Assembly: GCF_035084215.1 (NCBI RefSeq)
Contig: NC_090346.1
Location: 16,244,001-16,308,000, forward strand
Reading direction: 5' to 3'
Source of the DNA: Heptranchias perlo
Lineage: Eukaryota
DNA length: 64,000 nt
Position numbers and translations under genes: made by a program. The notes under the pieces are model-generated. The model searched no databases. It was not told the origin of the DNA and worked only from the letters and a program-made list of their open reading frames with translations. The stretch's first letter is position 1. Each line of letters starts with the position of its first letter. Below are positions 59,101 through 64,000 of this stretch, one piece after another.

Positions 59101-62100
59101 TTTAAACAAGGATTTTACCAGAACTGAGAATAACAATCAGGAAAGATTGAACAGGCTGGGCTGCTTGCCTTTAGAAAAGAGGAGACTGAGTGGTGACCTG
59201 ATAGAGGTCTTTAAAGTTATGAAGGGGTTCAATAGGGTAGACCTAGATGTTTCCACTTGTGCGGTAGTCCCAAACTAGGGGCCATAAATACAATATAGTC
59301 ACCTATAAATTCAAGAAGAAATTCTGGAGAAATTTCTTCACCGAATGGTTAGAATGTGGAACTTGCTACCACAAGGAGTTGAGGGGAATAGCATAGATGC
59401 ATTTAAGGGGAAGCTGGATAAACACGAGGGAGAAAGGAATAGAAGGTGGGAGGAGGCTTGTGTGGAGCATAAACACTGGCATAGACCAGTTGGTCCGAAT
59501 GGCCTGTTTCTGTGCTGTAAAAGTCATTGTAATAAACTTTTCTGGTCCTCTTGTAACCATTAACTGCTCAATCTTTTCCAGCATGTCAACCCCGCCGCCG
59601 CCAACCTAATTCAGGCGATGCTCCGATCGGACCCGAGCGCACGACCCAGCATCCACGAGCTGCTGAATGATGAATTCTTCACCACCGGCTACCTGCCCGT
59701 GCGCTTGCCCACCACCTGCTTGACTATGGCTCCCAGGTTTTCTCTGGCTCCCGGTGGGATTGATGCCAGTATGAGGCGGCCACTTACTGAACTCAACAAA
59801 GGTACCATACACTGGGCAGCAATGGGGTGGCCCTTCACTTTGCAGGTCATGCCTCTGGCATTGTGTGGCCTCTTGCAGCTCACGTGCACTATAGTTGCAT
59901 GAATTAGGAACAATGTTATCTGGGACCAAGATGATCAGTTTTTAAACCAGCCACTAACAGGTTCTTCCCTACTGTCAGAACAATTCAGTGTTGTAACCGA
60001 GCTCACTTGGTATATTTGTACACAATAGAAAAAATATACATTGCAGCCAACACACTTGCGTGATTCCCTTCATCCCAATTGTCTCACCACCAGTGACCAA
60101 TCTGTAAGCACCAGTACTTTACATGAGCAGTGTCTAGAGAGATACTTCAGTGTGGAAGGACCGGATCTGTAATTATACTGTTTGCTGTTCACTGTTGAAG
60201 GGGACACAGTCTGAAAGCTTTACACGCCCAACACTTTAACGTGGGCCTAGTGACAATGCTGCAACTGCCAATCAGCCTGTTTGATTCCAGGTTGTTGTGT
60301 TGGGGTTTTATGAATGCAGCTGTGCTCTCTGGCTAGAGGTTTGTGCATATTGAGGAATAGAGGTGAACAACACTATTAAAGGTGCTAAGGTCCACGGGAC
60401 TGAAGGGAGCCTACAGATGGTTAGTCGAGGACTTGTCCCTCACCCCAAGCTGTAGAACAGCGCACTAGCCACATACAGGATTCTCTACACTTAAAGAATG
60501 GGTTTTGAAAGTGTCAGAAGGACAATGTTTGTTCAGTGTCTGCCAATCACTGGATCTTTTTGGTAATGGGATCCAGCACAAACAACCAGCTGAAGGGGAG
60601 GTTATGTTATAAGTTTGCTGCCTCTAGTCCAAGGGAATTGGTCTGCTCATTGCCTGCACCATAGACTCTATACTGTTTCCAATCTTATTGAGCCAGTTCA
60701 TTGGTGATCACTGCCCCCTAATGGTTTGAGATTTTGTAATTATTGTCTATCTTGTTTTTGATTGATCGATATCTGAAATGTTGATTCAATAGATGCTGCA
60801 GCTGGTGACAAACCAGGCAAGTCTGAAGATGATGATGGAGGGGCCAGGTAAATATTACCTTCATGGCAAATTCCATTATAAATGGGGTCTTGCTGTGAGT
60901 AGTGATTGTGTTGGTGATCATGACTTTCCATTCAGTTCAATGAAGCCTATTTCCTATTTGGGGAGGGGGCTTCAGCTATTGCAACTCTTGAACTATTTTT
61001 TTCTTCCACACTTTTGGATTATGGTCTCGTACGTGGGAAACCTCCAGTACAGTACCTCCCAAGTGTCTGTTCTCTATCTATCTAACCTGTGATAGTGAGT
61101 GTGTTGGGTTGTTTGTCTATCAGGGGAGTGGTGGTGTCACAGAGGAGCTCAATCCTTGAGCTTCCAGTTGGGATTGTTGAAGTGGTTAGGTTTTCCTTTC
61201 CAGATTTTTTTCACTCCTCTAATCCCAGGATGTGGAGGCTACAGTGTATTCCTGACACTGCTACCCAGCTGAGGTCTACTGAATGGAGACCAGGGATTGA
61301 CCCTGGGAGGCTGTTTGGTTCAGTGCTGCATGGCATGCTACTAATGTGACTTGAGCTGTTTGAGGTCCTAAACTGTCCTTAGACCTGTTATTTAACTGTT
61401 GGAAATCCCAGTTGGTCTGGTCCTACCCTGACTTTGATTGGTCCTTTATCACTCATGCCATTGGTAGGCTACTCGGATGTTTTGGAAGGGAAGTGAACAA
61501 AGGAGAAAGGAAGATGACATTAGACGGTGCTTCCTTAGACTCTCCAGTTGTAATATCTGACTGAATTACTCTGACTCTAGGTTTCCAATACCCTGCTGTA
61601 TTGATCTAAATCTACAAAATGCATCTGACTGAGGAAAAAACTTTTTTTAACGTGGTGACTTATCTCCATCTCGAGTGCTTTATGACTAGATAGCAATCCT
61701 GGGGAATAACTGTTGCTTGAGCGATGAATCCCTATGATTACTGCACAAGTTCATGACATGTTGCTGCTGAACTAATCACTGTGTTCTACAGGGAAGTAGG
61801 AGAGTGCAATGATTTCTACCTCTCGGACCTGTTGCAGCAGTTAAACAGTGTTGTAGCAGCAAGGCCAGCTGACAAAGCAGTCATCAGACAAGGTACAGAA
61901 ACTGTTCTAGAAGTGGTTGGTTTCAGATGGGGGTTTTAAAAAATTGAATTTGGGCCTTGTTGACTTGAGGTGCTGACCCACCCACAGGGCGCCCCAAGTA
62001 CTGATGTCTCACTTAATGGCAGTGGGATGGGCAGGGTGTTATCATCTAACAGACGATGGTTGGTCTGTTGAGTTTCTCTGGAATTGTAACAAAATTCCTG

Positions 62101-63321
62101 CTTCCTGCCTGTTGAGTCAGCAAATTACCTAAATCACCGGTTCAACCAATCGTTCTTTTTTCCCAACCCCCTAAATTGATTTTTTTTGAGTGACCTTTAG
62201 AAACATCCACTGAATGTTTGTTTGTCAATATCTTACTGCAAAAGTAAATTTAAAAAAAAATAAACTGCTTAATTCCAAATGTGGAGTAACTTCAGTGCAT
62301 TATCCCCCTCAGTGTTACTGAATCTTTGATCCCCTGAGATTACTGAATCACAACCTCATGTACTAATGCAGTGTTCACTTTTATTTCCTGCTCTCTCCTG
62401 ACAGAGGAGGCTGAAGACCCAGCCTGTATACCAATCTTCTGGGTCAGCAAGTGGGTGGACTATTCAGATAAATATGGTTTGGGTAAGTACCAGTCTGAAC
62501 AGCACTCTTAAGATGACTGTGTAATGTCATTAAAAGACTGTAAGAATTTAGCTGCTTGTGCCTGATGTGTATCCTACAGCCTGTAATCAGATTCAAGGGG
62601 ATTATGAAGCATAAGTACAAATATATCTTGGGCTCATGCACCTACTTTTTTTTTTCTTGGGTCGTCGACCAGGGTTTCCTGTGACTGTCTAGATTGGCTT
62701 CCCAACCTGCCTGATCAGTGGAACTGTTTAAATGGCATTGTCTGTGGGAATTAGAGGTGACTGACAAAGTTGCCTGAATCAGACCCTTGTGTTTGGGGTC
62801 TGACAGCCTATTCAAGAAGTGCTGAGTTTCTGCGTGCAAAACTCCACTGGTGGGAGAAATGGTGGATTCTGCCCTGGAACCTGCTGGGCTCGTCCTGTTT
62901 GACTAAATCCAGGAGCAAGAGATTACATTAACTCACATTAGATCTGTTAACACACTGGCCCAGGACCTGAGATCACATTCTCCCTATTTAAGCCAGTTTG
63001 TAACTTGACATTTGAAGCCCTTGTTTTGTGGGTACTGTTGTACTTTGGTTCAGGTATCTTGTGATACCCAGTCAGTGGGGAATTTCCCTCGTGCGGGTGT
63101 ATTGTGGCTTGTACAGGATCAGTCCCTTATCTACAAGCAGTACACTGACACTAAATCTATCTCCAGGTTATCAGTTGTGTGACAACAGTGTTGGCGTCCT
63201 CTTCAATGATTCCACTCGTTTAATCATGTACAACGATGGTGAGAGTCTTCAGTACATCGAGCGCAATATGACTGAGACCTATCTTAACTTTCGATCCTAC
63301 CCTCCCAGCCTAAGCAAAAAG
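55776..63321 (+). CDS. PLK1: Polo-like kinase 1 (3' exons lie beyond the window)
   Basis: Exons 55776-56144, 57060-57228, 58556-58700, 58791-58884, 59582-59801, 60793-60847, 61792-61892, 62405-62482, 63167-63321. Motifs [43 protein letters not shown]-box RRPLTELNK and polo-box [13 protein letters not shown]; synteny with DCTN5 and PALB2. Confidence 0.98.
57060..57228 (+). CDS. PLK1: PLK1 exon 2
   Basis: [10 protein letters not shown]...[20 protein letters not shown]; 169 nt. Confidence 0.96.
58556..58700 (+). CDS. PLK1: PLK1 exon 3 (activation loop)
   Basis: [29 protein letters not shown]; 145 nt. Confidence 0.96.
58791..58884 (+). CDS. PLK1: PLK1 exon 4
   Basis: [31 protein letters not shown]; 94 nt. 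Confidence 0.96.
59120..59520 (+). mobile_element. CR1 3' fragment in a PLK1 intron
   Basis: [22 protein letters not shown]; VRMWNLLPQ. Confidence 0.75.
59582..59801 (+). CDS. PLK1: PLK1 exon 5 (kinase C-terminus, D-box)
   Basis: [18 protein letters not shown]...RRPLTELNK; 220 nt. Confidence 0.95.
60793..60847 (+). CDS. PLK1: PLK1 55-nt linker exon
   Basis: caatag|...AG|gtaaat; (D)[17 protein letters not shown](R); bridges the phase-1 donor at 59801 to the phase-2 acceptor at 61792. Confidence 0.8.
61792..61892 (+). CDS. PLK1: PLK1 exon (linker / polo-cap)
   Basis: [33 protein letters not shown]. Confidence 0.92.
62405..62482 (+). CDS. PLK1: PLK1 exon (polo-box 1 start)
   Basis: [25 protein letters not shown]; 78 nt. 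Confidence 0.96.
63167..63321 (+). CDS. PLK1: PLK1 exon (polo-box 1)
   Basis: [32 protein letters not shown]...LSKK|gtaagc; 155 nt. Confidence 0.96.
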
Positions 63322-64000
63322 GTAAGCACCACAGGAATTGCCGGGACTCTGCAGCCAATGAACAGAAGCTCATGACATGGTACTTGAGCTCGGCCCCAGG
63401 TTTGATCTGTGTATTTGGATCAATTGACAATCAACATTGGGCAAATCTCAGTTTGCTATACACATGTAGCCTTGGTCCCATTAGGAGAGGACTATTAGCA
63501 GTGTTAATCTAATTGTAATAATGAGCTTATTGGTAGTATTCCTGCCTTGGAGTCAGGAGGTGCAGGGTTCGTAACCAGCTCCTGGTGGTCGTAGTGAGGG
63601 GTGATTGGAGCTCCGGTTCTGAATTCTGGGTTGATAGACACGAGAATCCTGCTGCATGAGTGTAGGTGGCTCTACCTCATTGTATGGGTTGTGGAAGCCC
63701 ATAAAACCCTCCCTTATCAATTAGTATGAAAAGGCCGTTCATGCCATGGCCTGTCAGGCTGTCTGTGATTCTGTCCACTACTTCACACTGTTCTCCAAGG
63801 GAATGTGCAAAAGTATGAAATGAACAGTAATGAGAATGTATGGAAATATTAAAGTGGACCTGTATCTGGAGAGGTACATGTTTGCAGATTAGCAAACTGA
63901 CCTGGTGGTAGGATTTCTGCAATTGATCTCATTAATGGGATTAGGGACAGGCAAAATTAGCCAGGTTACTGCTCCTAATCATCCAGTGACTCCTGTTGGG

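Overview
Vertebrate genomic DNA, most likely a cartilaginous fish (inferred from the SacSINE1/DeuSINE-like SINEs and the CR1, L2 and Penelope repeat mix). It carries three spliced genes in the same order as human 16p12.2. PALB2 (- strand, 22347->2524) has 13 exons visible, and the exon equivalent to human exon 3 is missing, probably in the 200-N gap. DCTN5 (+ strand, 22818->32959) is complete with 6 exons and 182 aa, and shares a ~470-bp head-to-head promoter with PALB2. PLK1 (+ strand, from 55776) has 9 exons visible and runs off the right edge. Introns and the DCTN5-PLK1 spacer contain CR1, L2 and Tx1 LINE fragments, DeuSINEs and four tandem arrays (G-rich, 23-bp, 30/31-bp, 17-bp); the arrays explain all the giant low-complexity ORFs. 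Most interesting: (1) a TSD-flanked palindromic Penelope-like insertion with a minimal hammerhead ribozyme in each arm, plus two smaller hammerhead-bearing hairpin elements; (2) an extra intron in both PLK1 and PALB2 relative to human; (3) apparent absence of KEAP1 control features in PALB2; (4) an inverted-repeat-bounded minisatellite unit; (5) paired DMRT-consensus sites in PLK1 intron 1. Human comparisons are from recalled knowledge, not from a search. I see no evidence for a wholly new protein system.
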